Source: Candidatus Micrarchaeota archaeon | GTDB lineage: Archaea > Micrarchaeota > Micrarchaeia > Norongarragalinales > Norongarragalinaceae | DNA: 64,000 nt | Assembly (NCBI GenBank): GCA_016207165.1 | Contig: JACQQD010000008.1 | Location: forward strand, 14,602 to 78,601 | Direction: 5' to 3' | Shown here: in pieces, positions 28,141 through 37,145 of the stretch | Position numbering within the stretch: position 1 is the first letter of the stretch | Layout: each line of letters opens with the position of its first letter | The notes under the pieces: generated by a model | What the model saw: the letters and a program-made list of their open reading frames with translations, nothing else | Told to the model about the DNA's origin: nothing | Database searches by the model: none | Made by a program: the position numbers and the translations under genes

Positions 28141-28373
28141 GTTCACCGCTTCGCTCCCAGACGTCCATTGAGTACGTCATGATTTTGGGCGGCGTTTTGC
28201 TGATCGTGTCGTTGTTTGCGTATTTTCTCCTCAACACGGTCTACGCGCCGCAGACGGCCGACTTGGAGAATAAATCCAAGGAGTACAAAGACCTCAAAGG
28301 GCAACTCAACGACCAATTGGGCGACTTGGACGGTTCTGAGCAACCCGGCCCGTCGCCGTCGCCGGCTGGATGA
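28137..28373 (+). CDS. Pilin-like protein
   Basis: RS|QTSIEYVMILGGVLLIV class III signal. Confidence 0.85.
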   Translation: MSSPLRSQTSIEYVMILGGVLLIVSLFAYFLLNTVYAPQTADLENKSKEYKDLKGQLNDQLGDLDGSEQPGPSPSPAG

Positions 28374-28436
28374 CAAAGGTTTTTAAACCCCGTTCCGTTA
28401 GGCTTTCAATTGAATCTCACAAGGGGGTTTTTCAGG

Positions 28437-28766
28437 ATGAAGCGGGGTCAAGGAACCTTTGAGTACGTGTTGCTTTTGGGCGGCGTTTTGTTGATCGTGG
28501 TTTTGGCTATCGTTGTTTTGCAGCAGACGGCGCAACAGGGCTTCCAGGGCGCGGGCCAGCAACAGTGTACGGCGCGCTTGTTGACGGACATTTCCTGTCG
28601 CAACGCGCAAGGCAACTTTAACAGTTGTGGCGTCGTGACGGCCTCCACGTATCAGGGTTGCCAATTCCAGGCAGGCACGTTTACCACGGCCGCGCCGACG
28701 GGTTGCACCAACACCATTGACGCCGCCACGCAGCGGTACTGCGGCCGCGCGCCGATTGGTCCGTAA
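28437..28766 (+). CDS. Pilin (candidate major pilin) with six-Cys head
   Basis: MKRG|QGTFEYVLLLGGVLLIVV; own TATA-like TTTTTAAA upstream and long T-rich tract downstream. Confidence 0.9.
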   Translation: MKRGQGTFEYVLLLGGVLLIVVLAIVVLQQTAQQGFQGAGQQQCTARLLTDISCRNAQGNFNSCGVVTASTYQGCQFQAGTFTTAAPTGCTNTIDAATQRYCGRAPIGP

Positions 28767-28771
28767 AACGG

Positions 28772-28833
28772 TTTTTTTTCCCCGTTTTCCTTTTTTTCTT
28801 TTCGTATTCCTTTTTTTTCGTTCCTCTTTTTTC
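28772..28833 (+). terminator. Pyrimidine/T-rich archaeal-type terminator
   Basis: Several T5-T8 runs immediately after the pilin stop codon. Confidence 0.6.
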
Positions 28834-28869
28834 CTAAAGGCTTAAATTTTGTGGTTGTTTGGCTGGTTC

Positions 28870-29205
28870 ATGCGTTTGCGGCGGGGTCAAGGAACCTTTG
28901 AGTACGTGTTGCTTTTGGGCGGCGTTTTGTTGATCGTGGTTTTGGCTATCGTTGTTTTGCAGCAGACGGCTCAAGAAAGTTTTCGGGACGCCGGCTCCAA
29001 GCAGTGCGCGGCGCGCTTGCTCACGGATTTAGAGTGCCACGATGCCGACGGTTCTTGGAATGCGTGCGAGGACGTGGATGCATCGCGGTATGCGGGGTGC
29101 GTGTTTGGGTCGGAGACGTTTACCGCCGTGAGTCCGAGGGCGGGTTGCGAGGCGTTGGATGACCCCTTGACGGAGCGGTACTGCGGCAAGCCCCCGGTGT
29201 CGTAA
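28870..29205 (+). CDS. Pilin paralog with acidic six-Cys head
   Basis: MRLRRG|QGTFEYVLLLGG; 28881-28970 is identical to 28442-28531. Confidence 0.9.
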   Translation: MRLRRGQGTFEYVLLLGGVLLIVVLAIVVLQQTAQESFRDAGSKQCAARLLTDLECHDADGSWNACEDVDASRYAGCVFGSETFTAVSPRAGCEALDDPLTERYCGKPPVS

Positions 29206-29251
29206 GGGCTTTTGGTAAATGCTTTTTAACGAGGGTCACGTCGTGTCTTTC

Positions 29252-29428
29252 ATGCGGAATAAAGTTCGGGCCCAAGCCGCCATTGAATACATTTTACTGG
29301 TTTCGTTTGGCTTGTTCGTCGTCATCGTCGGCTTCACGTTGGCTTTTTACGTGAAGAGCTTCACGGATTCCGCGTTGGCCTTGGTCGCGGAGAACCGGGA
29401 TGCCATGCTGGGCTTTTTGTTGCGTTGA
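29252..29428 (+). CDS. Small pilin-like protein
   Basis: MRNKVRA|QAAIEYILLVSFGLFVVIVGF. Confidence 0.85.
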   Translation: MRNKVRAQAAIEYILLVSFGLFVVIVGFTLAFYVKSFTDSALALVAENRDAMLGFLLR

Positions 29429-29531
29429 TTTGATTCGCGTTAGCCGGGGGTTCGGGGGAACCTGGGACTATAGGGGGCGGAGCCCCCTGTGGTCCGGGCG
29501 TGAGAACCGGGATGCCATGCTGGGCTTTTTG
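29390..29531 (+). repeat. Stem-loop mini-element B flanked by 30-bp direct repeats
   Basis: GAGAACCGGGATGCCATGCTGGGCTTTTTG at 29390-29419 and 29502-29531; internal hairpin AGGGGGCGGAGCCCCCT. Confidence 0.85.
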
Positions 29532-29580
29532 CTTCGGTAGACGGAAATCCTTTTCTGTCCGTGTATCCTTTTTTCTCTGC

Positions 29581-30096
29581 ATGAAAGCGTTGCGGCGCGA
29601 GTTTGAGGATTTGCATGGGTGGAGGCTCGTTGAAGCGGATCGGGTTTTCCGGTCCAGAAAGCCTCTTGTTCCAGGTCAGCCGTTGGACGTGAGCTTTAAT
29701 TCAGGCATTCGGTTGTATGCGCCTATACTTCGATTTCAGGTTCCTTTGGATGCCGTCCTGAGGCGGAAGCGAGCCGAGGCGTTGCGCGACCGATGGAATC
29801 TGATTCAACGGCCTTCGCTGGACTCCGCAGACTCGCGGGCCAGAATTCGGTACTACCTGGATACGCATCGCTTTCAACGGGTCCGCGATTTGTTTAACGA
29901 TTCGCGATTGCATCGGGACCTCCGTGCGGAAGTGGCGGCTCCACTGCGCACGTTCTTCGGTGGGTTATTGGATTCCGGACGGTTTGACGGGGCGCGGTTT
30001 CAGCCTTACTACGTACTTCGGAAACTCGATGACGCGTCGGGAAAACCCGTTTTGGAGTTGCTTGTTTCCTTTGCGCGGATGACGCCGCAAGGGTGA
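29581..30096 (+). CDS. Hypothetical Arg-rich soluble protein
   Basis: 171-aa ORF interrupting the pilin cluster; no recognisable motif. Confidence 0.6.
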   Translation: MKALRREFEDLHGWRLVEADRVFRSRKPLVPGQPLDVSFNSGIRLYAPILRFQVPLDAVLRRKRAEALRDRWNLIQRPSLDSADSRARIRYYLDTHRFQRVRDLFNDSRLHRDLRAEVAAPLRTFFGGLLDSGRFDGARFQPYYVLRKLDDASGKPVLELLVSFARMTPQG

Positions 30097-30149
30097 GTGG
30101 ATTTTTTTTCTACCCGTGGTTTTTCTTTTCTTTTTCCCGTATTTGGTTC

Positions 30150-30560
30150 GTGTTGGCGGAAATCGTTTTCTTGCAGTACGCGTTGGGCGCGGCGGCCTGG
30201 GATGTTGCGTTGGGTAAAGTGCCGAATTTCTGGAATGGGTTGTGGGTGGCGGCCGGGTTTTCGTTGGCGGGTTTGTCGTTTCCCGTTTTGGCGGCGGGCG
30301 GGTTTGTCTTGGGCTTGTGGCGGTTGGGCGTGTGGGGTGCCGGTGACGCCAAGTTTTTTGTCGGAATGGCGTTGTTTTGCTCGGCGTGGCTTTGGCCGTG
30401 GGCTTGGTTGGCCGTGTTTCTGGCTTCCGCGGTCTTGTTGGCCGGGTGGTTGGTGTTTAATAGGCAGAATTCGAAAGGATTGCGTCCGTCCTTCGTCCCG
30501 TTTCTGGTGGCGGGGTTTGTCGTGGTGTGGGCGTTGGCGGGTTTGGGCGTGTTGATGTGA
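30150..30560 (+). CDS. Prepilin peptidase (A24 family), minimal
   Basis: Catalytic Asp pair in AAWD...VPN and WGAGDAK; ends with PSFVPFLVAG. Confidence 0.85.
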   Translation: MLAEIVFLQYALGAAAWDVALGKVPNFWNGLWVAAGFSLAGLSFPVLAAGGFVLGLWRLGVWGAGDAKFFVGMALFCSAWLWPWAWLAVFLASAVLLAGWLVFNRQNSKGLRPSFVPFLVAGFVVVWALAGLGVLM

Positions 30561-30994
30561 GTCGTGGACAATTTAGCATTGATTTTTTCCTGGTTTTGTC
30601 CATTGTCGTGGCCTTCAGCGTGCTGTTGTACAATGTGGCGTTGGGCGAAATCGGCAAGACGAAGCTCTTGGATTCCGCGGTGTTGGGCAAGCACGCATTG
30701 GATGAGTTGGCCTCCGGCGTGGACACGGCCGCCTTTTCGGGCAACCAGAGCCGCTTGCGCAAGGAATTGTTCGTTCCCGAGGACGTCAATTGCCTGTATT
30801 TTAACTCCACCGAGAACGCGTTTTACTGTTTTGTGACGTCCTCGTTTTTGGAGGGGAGGCCCAACCGGTTGGTCAGCCGGTCTTTGTTGTCGTCCACGCC
30901 GTTGGACGTGCAATGCGGGCTGGCACCGGGCTGGCATGCCGCGTCGTTTTTCAACAACGGTTCGCACGTGGTGGTTTCATGCAGCGGCGTCTGA
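30557..30994 (+). CDS. Minor pilin-like protein
   Basis: SRG|QFSIDFFLVLSIVVAF. Confidence 0.85.
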   Translation: MSRGQFSIDFFLVLSIVVAFSVLLYNVALGEIGKTKLLDSAVLGKHALDELASGVDTAAFSGNQSRLRKELFVPEDVNCLYFNSTENAFYCFVTSSFLEGRPNRLVSRSLLSSTPLDVQCGLAPGWHAASFFNNGSHVVVSCSGV

Positions 30995-31404
30995 GGCGGT
31001 TGTTTGCCTTGCGCCCATTGGGTTCGCGCGCCTGCTTTCGAGGCCAGGGAGCCGTAGAGTACTTGTTCGTCATCGTTTTCCTGGTGGGCTTCATCGTCGC
31101 CGTGCTGGTTCCGTCTGTGCGGCAAGCGGAAATCTCGGTGGCTCTTTCCTCCGCTCGGCAGGGTTTTCTGGACGCGTCGTCTCCGGACGCGCGCTTGCTT
31201 TCGCTGAATTATTCGGTGCAGGAGGATACCGTGTGGTTGGACCCTCAGGTAATCAACCGTTCCACGGGTGGGCCGTTGGCGTTGTCCGCTGTACTTTCCG
31301 CTGGAATGTTGGATGGCGTGCAAAAGTTGTCGCCGTCGCAAACCCGCAATGAATCGTGCGCGTTTACTTCGAATTTTGCGTATTGCCTGGTGGGTTCGTC
31401 GTGA
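30979..31404 (+). CDS. Minor pilin-like protein
   Basis: FRG|QGAVEYLFVIVFLVGFIV; start uncertain. Confidence 0.8.
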   Translation: MQRRLRRLFALRPLGSRACFRGQGAVEYLFVIVFLVGFIVAVLVPSVRQAEISVALSSARQGFLDASSPDARLLSLNYSVQEDTVWLDPQVINRSTGGPLALSAVLSAGMLDGVQKLSPSQTRNESCAFTSNFAYCLVGSS

Positions 31405-31868
31405 TTTGGTTCCAGTTGTTGTTGGTCTTGTTTTTGGCTTTGCCGCTTTTGTTCTCGTTTTTGCCGTGGGTGGGGGTGGCGTTGTTGTACGCCGCGTTTT
31501 TGGTCGCGGGGTTGTTCAAGGCGTTGTCGTTTTCGCCGCCGAACAAAAAGCCGGCGGTGGCGCTGTATGCCTTTTTCGCCGCGCTTTCTTTGGTTCTGTC
31601 GTTGGGGCTTCAGGCCGGCGTCGTCGTGTGGGTTTTAGCGGTTGGCGCCGTGGCGGCCTTGGGCGTTTTTTTTGTCTGGCTGTCGTTTTGGCAGCGTGAT
31701 GTGTCTTGCGAAATGCTGGGTTGGACCAACGGCTTTGCGGTGCTGCGCGTGCCGAAGTTGTTGGTGGCGTGGGTGCGTCCGGGCGTGTACGCGTTGGCGT
31801 GCCCCCAAAAGCCGAAGGCAAAGTTAGTCATCGTTCGTTTCGGTTGGAGTGGCGGAAAGATTCTGTGA
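31401..31868 (+). CDS. Membrane protein
   Basis: About four TM segments then a short beta-rich tail; GTGA overlaps on both sides. Confidence 0.7.
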   Translation: MIWFQLLLVLFLALPLLFSFLPWVGVALLYAAFLVAGLFKALSFSPPNKKPAVALYAFFAALSLVLSLGLQAGVVVWVLAVGAVAALGVFFVWLSFWQRDVSCEMLGWTNGFAVLRVPKLLVAWVRPGVYALACPQKPKAKLVIVRFGWSGGKIL

Positions 31869-32176
31869 AGAGAGTGTTTTTGGTATTGGCGCTTCTGGGT
31901 TTTGCCGTAGCCTTTTTTTTCCAGTCCTCGCCCGCGGCCACGCGCGTGTCGGCGTTGTCGGAACGTTTTGAGGGACGAAGCGTTCTGGCATGGGGCGTGG
32001 TGCAAGCCGTTTCGGGTCCGTGGATGCGGGTGTGTGATGCGGGCCGGTGCGTGTCGGTGGTGTCGTCCCGCGATTTTGACTCTCGTTTTTCCGGCCGGCG
32101 GGTGTGGGTGGACGGCGTGTACCGGCAGGACACTTTGTTCGTCAAGACGCCAAAGGACGTCGACGTGTCCGGCTAG
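31865..32176 (+). CDS. Membrane-anchored small protein, possible OB fold
   Basis: N-terminal TM, V..GVV...V.VDGVY beta pattern. Confidence 0.6.
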   Translation: MKRVFLVLALLGFAVAFFFQSSPAATRVSALSERFEGRSVLAWGVVQAVSGPWMRVCDAGRCVSVVSSRDFDSRFSGRRVWVDGVYRQDTLFVKTPKDVDVSG

Positions 32177-32757
32177 CGCTTGACGAAATTCAGGAGAAAG
32201 TGTTCGTGGAGGCGCAAGTCGCCGGAGAGTTCGGGGTGAAACGCGAGCGCCAACGCGTTTTGTTGTTCGACGCCGACCACGGTTTCGTTGAAAAAGGCCA
32301 CCGATTGCGCCGGGGCTTGGACGTTTGAGGCGCTGGGCGCGCGAATAAAGATTCCTGGGAACGGCTCTTCCAGGAACGAGACGTGGACGGGGGCTTGGAA
32401 GCTTTCGCGTTGTCGGCCAAACGCGTTGCGTTCCACGCAGAAATCCATGCGTTGCAACAGTTTTTGCCCGGTTTGCTGGACTTGGATGCCGCCGGTTTTG
32501 GCCAACAGCACCATGCCAGCGCACGTGCCAAGGATGGGCAAGTCTTCCAGGGCGTCTTTCATTTCATTTTTGTCGATGAGTTTGGAAATGGTGGTGGATT
32601 CGCCGCCGGGAAGGATGGCGGCATCGGCGTTTTCCAACGCGAGTCGGTCTTTGGCCCATGAGACGGCGCCGTGGAAATTCAGGTTTTTCATGGCTTTTTC
32701 CGTGGCGTGCACGTGTTCCAAGACGGCGCCTTGCACTCCAACGACGGCGATGTTCAT
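32173..32757 (-). CDS. pdxT: PLP synthase glutaminase subunit
   Basis: QGAVLEH, PGGESTT, GTCAG, RNAFGRQ, FIRAP, FHPEL. Confidence 0.97.
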   Translation of the reverse strand: MNIAVVGVQGAVLEHVHATEKAMKNLNFHGAVSWAKDRLALENADAAILPGGESTTISKLIDKNEMKDALEDLPILGTCAGMVLLAKTGGIQVQQTGQKLLQRMDFCVERNAFGRQRESFQAPVHVSFLEEPFPGIFIRAPSASNVQAPAQSVAFFNETVVGVEQQNALALAFHPELSGDLRLHEHFLLNFVKR

Positions 32758-33626
32758 TGGCTTCTCTCCTGCATGCGCACGGCGGGTTTTTCCTCGCCTT
32801 TCATGGCGGACCCCAACATTTTGGAGGCGTCCGCCACGACGTGGGGGTCGTCGAATTTCTGGGTGGCCGAGACGATGGCTTTGGCGTAGGCTTCCGGGTT
32901 GTCGGACTTGAAAATGCCGGATCCCACAAATACGCCGTCCACGCCCAACTGCATCAGGAGCGCGGCGTCGGCCGGCGTGGCGATGCCGCCGGCGGCAAAG
33001 TTGACAACAGGCAATCGGCTCATTTCCTTGGTTTGCGTGACGAGTTCCAGGGGCACGCGCATTTGCTGGGCTTTTTGTTGCAGCGCGTTTTGGCTGAGGG
33101 ACTCCAGTTCCAAAATTTCGTTTTGGATGCAGCGGGTGTGGCGGACGGCTTGGACGATGTTGCCTGTTCCGGGCTCGCCTTTGGTGCGGATCATGGCCGC
33201 GCCTTCGTCAATGCGCCGCAGCGCTTCGCCCAGGTTTTTGGCTCCGCATACAAAGGGGACGGTGAAGGCTTTTTTGTCGATGTGGCGTTCTTCGTCGGCG
33301 ACGCTCAAGACTTCGCTTTCGTCAATCATGTCCACGCCGATTTGTTGCAGGACTTGGGCTTCCGCGAAGTGGCCGATGCGGGCTTTGGCCATGATGGGGA
33401 TGGTGACGGCCTGCATGACGCGTTCGATCCGCGCCGGGTCGGCCATGCGGGCTATCCCGCCGGCGGCGCGGATGTCCGCGGGCACGCGCTCCAGCACCAT
33501 GACGGCCACGGCTCCGGCTTTTTCCGCGAGAATGGCTTGGTCTTCGTTGACTACGTCCATGATGACTCCGCCTTTCTGCATGCGGGCAAAGCCCCGCTTG
33601 ACTATCGGAGTACCGGTTTGAATCAT
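32754..33626 (-). CDS. pdxS: PLP synthase lyase subunit
   Basis: [46 protein letters not shown]. Confidence 0.98.
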   Translation of the reverse strand: MIQTGTPIVKRGFARMQKGGVIMDVVNEDQAILAEKAGAVAVMVLERVPADIRAAGGIARMADPARIERVMQAVTIPIMAKARIGHFAEAQVLQQIGVDMIDESEVLSVADEERHIDKKAFTVPFVCGAKNLGEALRRIDEGAAMIRTKGEPGTGNIVQAVRHTRCIQNEILELESLSQNALQQKAQQMRVPLELVTQTKEMSRLPVVNFAAGGIATPADAALLMQLGVDGVFVGSGIFKSDNPEAYAKAIVSATQKFDDPHVVADASKMLGSAMKGEEKPAVRMQERSQ

Positions 33627-33727
33627 GGTGGAACGCTGTGGCGTGCCGCGTTTTTTAAGGCCACTCTTCGCTCGGTTGATTGGAATTCTACCCAAGGCTT
33701 TTCATGGGTTTTTTCCGCTTTCCCTTC

Positions 33728-34855
33728 ATGTGGGATTTCATTTCGGGGTGGGTGTGGGGGGCGTTGGGCGTTCTGCCGTTTCTTCACACCAACCTTCTTT
33801 TGGCGTTTTTGTCGGATTCATCCAGCGCCGTTTCCGTGTGCGTGCTGGCGTTTTCGCACCTGGTTTTTGAGGCGGTGCCCGCCGTTTTCTTCGGGATTCC
33901 GGGAGCCCAGCACGGCGTCGCGGCGTTGCCGGCCCACCAGTTGGTCGCCCAAGGAAGCGGGCGTACGGCGGTTGGAGCGGTGCTCTTGGGTTTGCTTTGG
34001 GGTGTGGCCGGCGCGGTCGCCTTGTCCCCGGTCTTCTTTTTCCTGCTTCCCGTCTTGTTTGATTTCGTTCGGCCCTGGTCTGGATTGTTGTTGTCGGCGG
34101 TGGTCGTGGTTTCCCTGGCCCTGGATGGCTTGTCTTTCAAGCATGCGGCGTTCTTCCTTTTTTTCGGGGCGATGGGGTTGGCCGTTTTTTCTTTGCCTTT
34201 GGCCGAGCCTTTGTTTCCTCTTTTGTCGGGGTTGTTCGGCGTGCCAGCGCTTTGGTTGGCGTCCCAGGCATCGATGTCTTTTGGCGGCCCGGCGCCCAAG
34301 GCCCCGTTTTGGATGGGTTTGTTGGGGGCGGCGTTGGGAGGCTTCTCGGTGTTGTTGCCGGCGATGAGTCCCGCGTTTTTGTCGGCGTTTGCTTTTTTGT
34401 TTTTGGAAGCCTCGCCCGTCTCGTTTCTGGTCCTGTCTTTTGCGTTGGCGTCCAGCAAGTTGTTCTTCGACTTTTTTGGCGTTTTGTCTATTGGCAAGGC
34501 CCGTTCCGCGGCCGCCGCGTCCTGGCAGGATGCCGGCGTCTTGTTTCCCGAGGGCCTTGAAGCGTTGGCGTTTGGCGTCCTGGGGTTCTTGTTGGCGTGG
34601 GTGTTGGTGTTTGTGTTCTGGCGGCGTTTCGCCGAAATTTTGCCCGTATTTTCGTCGCGGTTTTTCGCGTGGACGCTGTTGGGTTTGGTGGTTGCCGGCG
34701 CGTTCTGGGCCAACGGGCCTTGGGGTGTTTTCGTTCTTTCCTGGGCGTCCGTGTCGTCCCTGGCGGCACTTTCCCAGCGGGTTCCCCGAAAGTACGCGTT
34801 GGGTGTTTTGCTGGTGCCCGCCATCGCCTACGCATGGGGGTGGACAGGGTTTTAA
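33728..34855 (+). CDS. TctA/DUF112-family membrane protein
   Basis: GVLPFLHTN, VPAVFFGIPG..LPAHQLV..GSG motifs; about 10-12 TM helices. Confidence 0.8.
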   Translation: MWDFISGWVWGALGVLPFLHTNLLLAFLSDSSSAVSVCVLAFSHLVFEAVPAVFFGIPGAQHGVAALPAHQLVAQGSGRTAVGAVLLGLLWGVAGAVALSPVFFFLLPVLFDFVRPWSGLLLSAVVVVSLALDGLSFKHAAFFLFFGAMGLAVFSLPLAEPLFPLLSGLFGVPALWLASQASMSFGGPAPKAPFWMGLLGAALGGFSVLLPAMSPAFLSAFAFLFLEASPVSFLVLSFALASSKLFFDFFGVLSIGKARSAAAASWQDAGVLFPEGLEALAFGVLGFLLAWVLVFVFWRRFAEILPVFSSRFFAWTLLGLVVAGAFWANGPWGVFVLSWASVSSLAALSQRVPRKYALGVLLVPAIAYAWGWTGF

Positions 34856-34877
34856 GACCCCGTCGTGTTGTCTCGTT

Positions 34878-35270
34878 ATGCGCGGCCAAGTCTCGCTGGA
34901 GATATTTTTTTCCGTGTCGCTGTTCGTCTTGTTGCTGTTTTGGTTGAATCACTTCGTCGGCGTGGCCGCGGAGGCAACGAATTCGGATCGAGCAGTTTTT
35001 GCCACGGCATTTTCCCTGGCGCATGCCGCGGATGCGGCCTGCCGGCTGAACCTCTCCGTCAACCTGCCCTCGCCGTGCCTGGCCGATGCCGGGCCATTGG
35101 TCTTGTCCGTTGGCCAGGGCACGCTGAACCTCAACGGCGTGGGCGTGTCCACGGCCTGCCAATTTCAGCCTGGTCAATTTGTGGTCCCGGGGTGCGGAAA
35201 GCGGCTGTGCGTGCAGTCTCTGGACGCTGGCGGGGCCGTACTGCGGCCGGAACCTTGCTCGGGGGATTGA
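34878..35270 (+). CDS. Minor pilin-like protein
   Basis: MRG|QVSLEIFFSVSLFVLLLF. Confidence 0.85.
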   Translation: MRGQVSLEIFFSVSLFVLLLFWLNHFVGVAAEATNSDRAVFATAFSLAHAADAACRLNLSVNLPSPCLADAGPLVLSVGQGTLNLNGVGVSTACQFQPGQFVVPGCGKRLCVQSLDAGGAVLRPEPCSGD

Positions 35271-35274
35271 TGGT

Positions 35275-35628
35275 TTGACGCGGGGGCAATTGTTCAGCAT
35301 GGATTTCTTGGTTTCCGTCCTCATTTTGACGGTCGCGCTGGGTTTGTTCATTCACGCCGCCGAGTTTCCCGCTGCCTTGTTTTCCGGGCCGGAACCGGCG
35401 TTGGCGGCGCTGTCCACCGCCATTTTGTCGAGCCAACCCAACTTGGGCCAAGGCACGCTGAACGCGGCCGCGCTTTCCGGCCCGGGTTTCTGCGTCCGCA
35501 TCTCCAATTCGTCTCACACGTGGTTTGACGGTTGCGCGGATTTTTCCTGCCCCAATCCGCGGGCCGTTGACCGGTACGCCAACTGCGACGGCGCGCTGTG
35601 CACGGTGTCGGTTCGGGGGTGTCCTTGA
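35275..35628 (+). CDS. Minor pilin-like protein
   Basis: TRG|QLFSMDFLVSVLILTVAL. Confidence 0.82.
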   Translation: MTRGQLFSMDFLVSVLILTVALGLFIHAAEFPAALFSGPEPALAALSTAILSSQPNLGQGTLNAAALSGPGFCVRISNSSHTWFDGCADFSCPNPRAVDRYANCDGALCTVSVRGCP

Positions 35629-35987
35629 TGCGGGGGTTTTTGCTGACGCTGGATGCCTTGTTTGCTTTGGCCATCCTCATTGCGGGGCTGTCCTTTTTTG
35701 CGGTGCAGTCTTTTTCCGAACCCGCGGCCGCCTCGGCGTTGTACTTGGTTGGACGCGATTTCCTGGTGTTGCCGCCGGGACTTCAACCCGAATTGGCGGA
35801 TTCTTTGGAGCCCCGGGGGTTCACGGTTTCCAGCCAACCCCCCAATTCTCGCTTCGTCGTCCAGGCCAAGGCATTCCGGTATGTTAGGGCCTGCGAGGGA
35901 GCCGTGAGCCCAGATGCGGGTTGCCTGCGGGAGACGGATGCCGCGTTTTCGTCCATTCAATCCGTGACGTGGGTGGGCGTGCGATGA
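35628..35987 (+). CDS. Minor pilin-like protein
   Basis: MRG|FLLTLDALFALAILI. Confidence 0.82.
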   Translation: MRGFLLTLDALFALAILIAGLSFFAVQSFSEPAAASALYLVGRDFLVLPPGLQPELADSLEPRGFTVSSQPPNSRFVVQAKAFRYVRACEGAVSPDAGCLRETDAAFSSIQSVTWVGVR

Positions 35988-36523
35988 AGGGTTTTTACTC
36001 GGGGTTTGCCGCGGCTTTAGTCACCTTGTCTTTGGCTGGACTTTTTTTCGCCGTGTTGGCGCTTTCCTACCAGGACGTGGCCGCGTTGGCGGAATTGGAC
36101 GCCGTTCGCACTTTTGACCGGGCCCAGGACGCCCAAGACGTTTTGCGTGAGGTGGTGGCGGACGCCGCCGTGGATTCCGCCTTTGCCGCGCACGGCTGCC
36201 AGCCGGGGCCGTCGGTGTGTGCGCCGGACGGTTTTTCGTCCCGGGTGTCCACGTATGCATCCCGTGCCGCGTCCCGGCTTTCCGACGGAATCTCCGTCCA
36301 CGTTCAAGTCCAAGACGTTTCGTGCCGAGCGTTGACTCCTTCTTTGGGCGTGGACGCGTCGTACGAGGTCAATGCGTCGCTGACGGTGGACGTAACGGGT
36401 TTCCAATCCGGTACTCCGGCTGACGTGGAGGTGTCCTATCGCGTGGATGCTTCCAACGCTCCCGGCGGCCTCATTCGCGTGGGCGCAAAACCGGAATGGG
36501 TCGTCCAATTTGAGTGCCCGTGA
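35984..36523 (+). CDS. Minor pilin-like protein
   Basis: MKG|FYSGFAAALVTLSL. Confidence 0.75.
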   Translation: MKGFYSGFAAALVTLSLAGLFFAVLALSYQDVAALAELDAVRTFDRAQDAQDVLREVVADAAVDSAFAAHGCQPGPSVCAPDGFSSRVSTYASRAASRLSDGISVHVQVQDVSCRALTPSLGVDASYEVNASLTVDVTGFQSGTPADVEVSYRVDASNAPGGLIRVGAKPEWVVQFECP

Positions 36524-36561
36524 AAAGGGCTTTAAACGCGTTTAATCCCATTAAGCGCTTG

Positions 36562-37137
36562 ATGAAGCGCGTTTTGGTCCTCTCGTTGTTCGTGCTTTTG
36601 GGCGTTGTGGCCTTCTCCTACTTGGCGTCCACAAAATCCGCCCTCACGGAAACGCAGGCCGTGGACGTGGTATTGGAGGATGTGAAGCCCTTGGAAAGCC
36701 AAGGCGTCATGGCTCGCGTCGTGGATTCGCGTTTTGAAAACGGCAAGTGGGCTGTCGACGTGCTCTTGACGCGCCGAGCGCACACGAAATGTCCATCCGT
36801 GGAAAAACGGTTCTACTCGCTGTTGCCCATTGGTTTCCGTTCCGAGTCCGTGGTGGCTTCCTGCAACCCGCCGGTGGCCATCAGTTACCGTGAGGAAGCC
36901 CTGATCCGCTCGGCCAAGGATGCCGGCGCGTTCTCGGAGGGCTACGGGTGCGCGTTTTACTGGGCGGACTTTGATGCCGCCACGTCGGCTTCTTATTGTG
37001 CTTCGCCAGAATCTTCGGCCGTCCAAGCCTTCGGATCCGGCTTGCCGCAGAACACGTGGGTCGTCTCCTGGACGTGGAACAACGCCACCGCGTTCTTCGC
37101 GTATTCCCCAAGTGACGCGTTTTTGAAGTCGTCGTGA
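36562..37137 (+). CDS. Exported hypothetical protein
   Basis: Signal/anchor MKRVLVLSLFVLLGVVAF; four Cys. Confidence 0.7.
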   Translation: MKRVLVLSLFVLLGVVAFSYLASTKSALTETQAVDVVLEDVKPLESQGVMARVVDSRFENGKWAVDVLLTRRAHTKCPSVEKRFYSLLPIGFRSESVVASCNPPVAISYREEALIRSAKDAGAFSEGYGCAFYWADFDAATSASYCASPESSAVQAFGSGLPQNTWVVSWTWNNATAFFAYSPSDAFLKSS

Positions 37138-37145
37138 AAAACGTT

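Noticed and set aside
28442-28970. Diversity-generating retroelement template/variable repeat pair
   Set aside because: The block is fully identical with no adenine-specific mismatches, lies at the 5' end, and no reverse transcriptase is in the window.
29390-29531. Minimal CRISPR array (two 30-bp repeats)
   Set aside because: The repeat is pilin coding sequence, the 82-bp spacer is too long and is itself the conserved part, and there are no cas genes.
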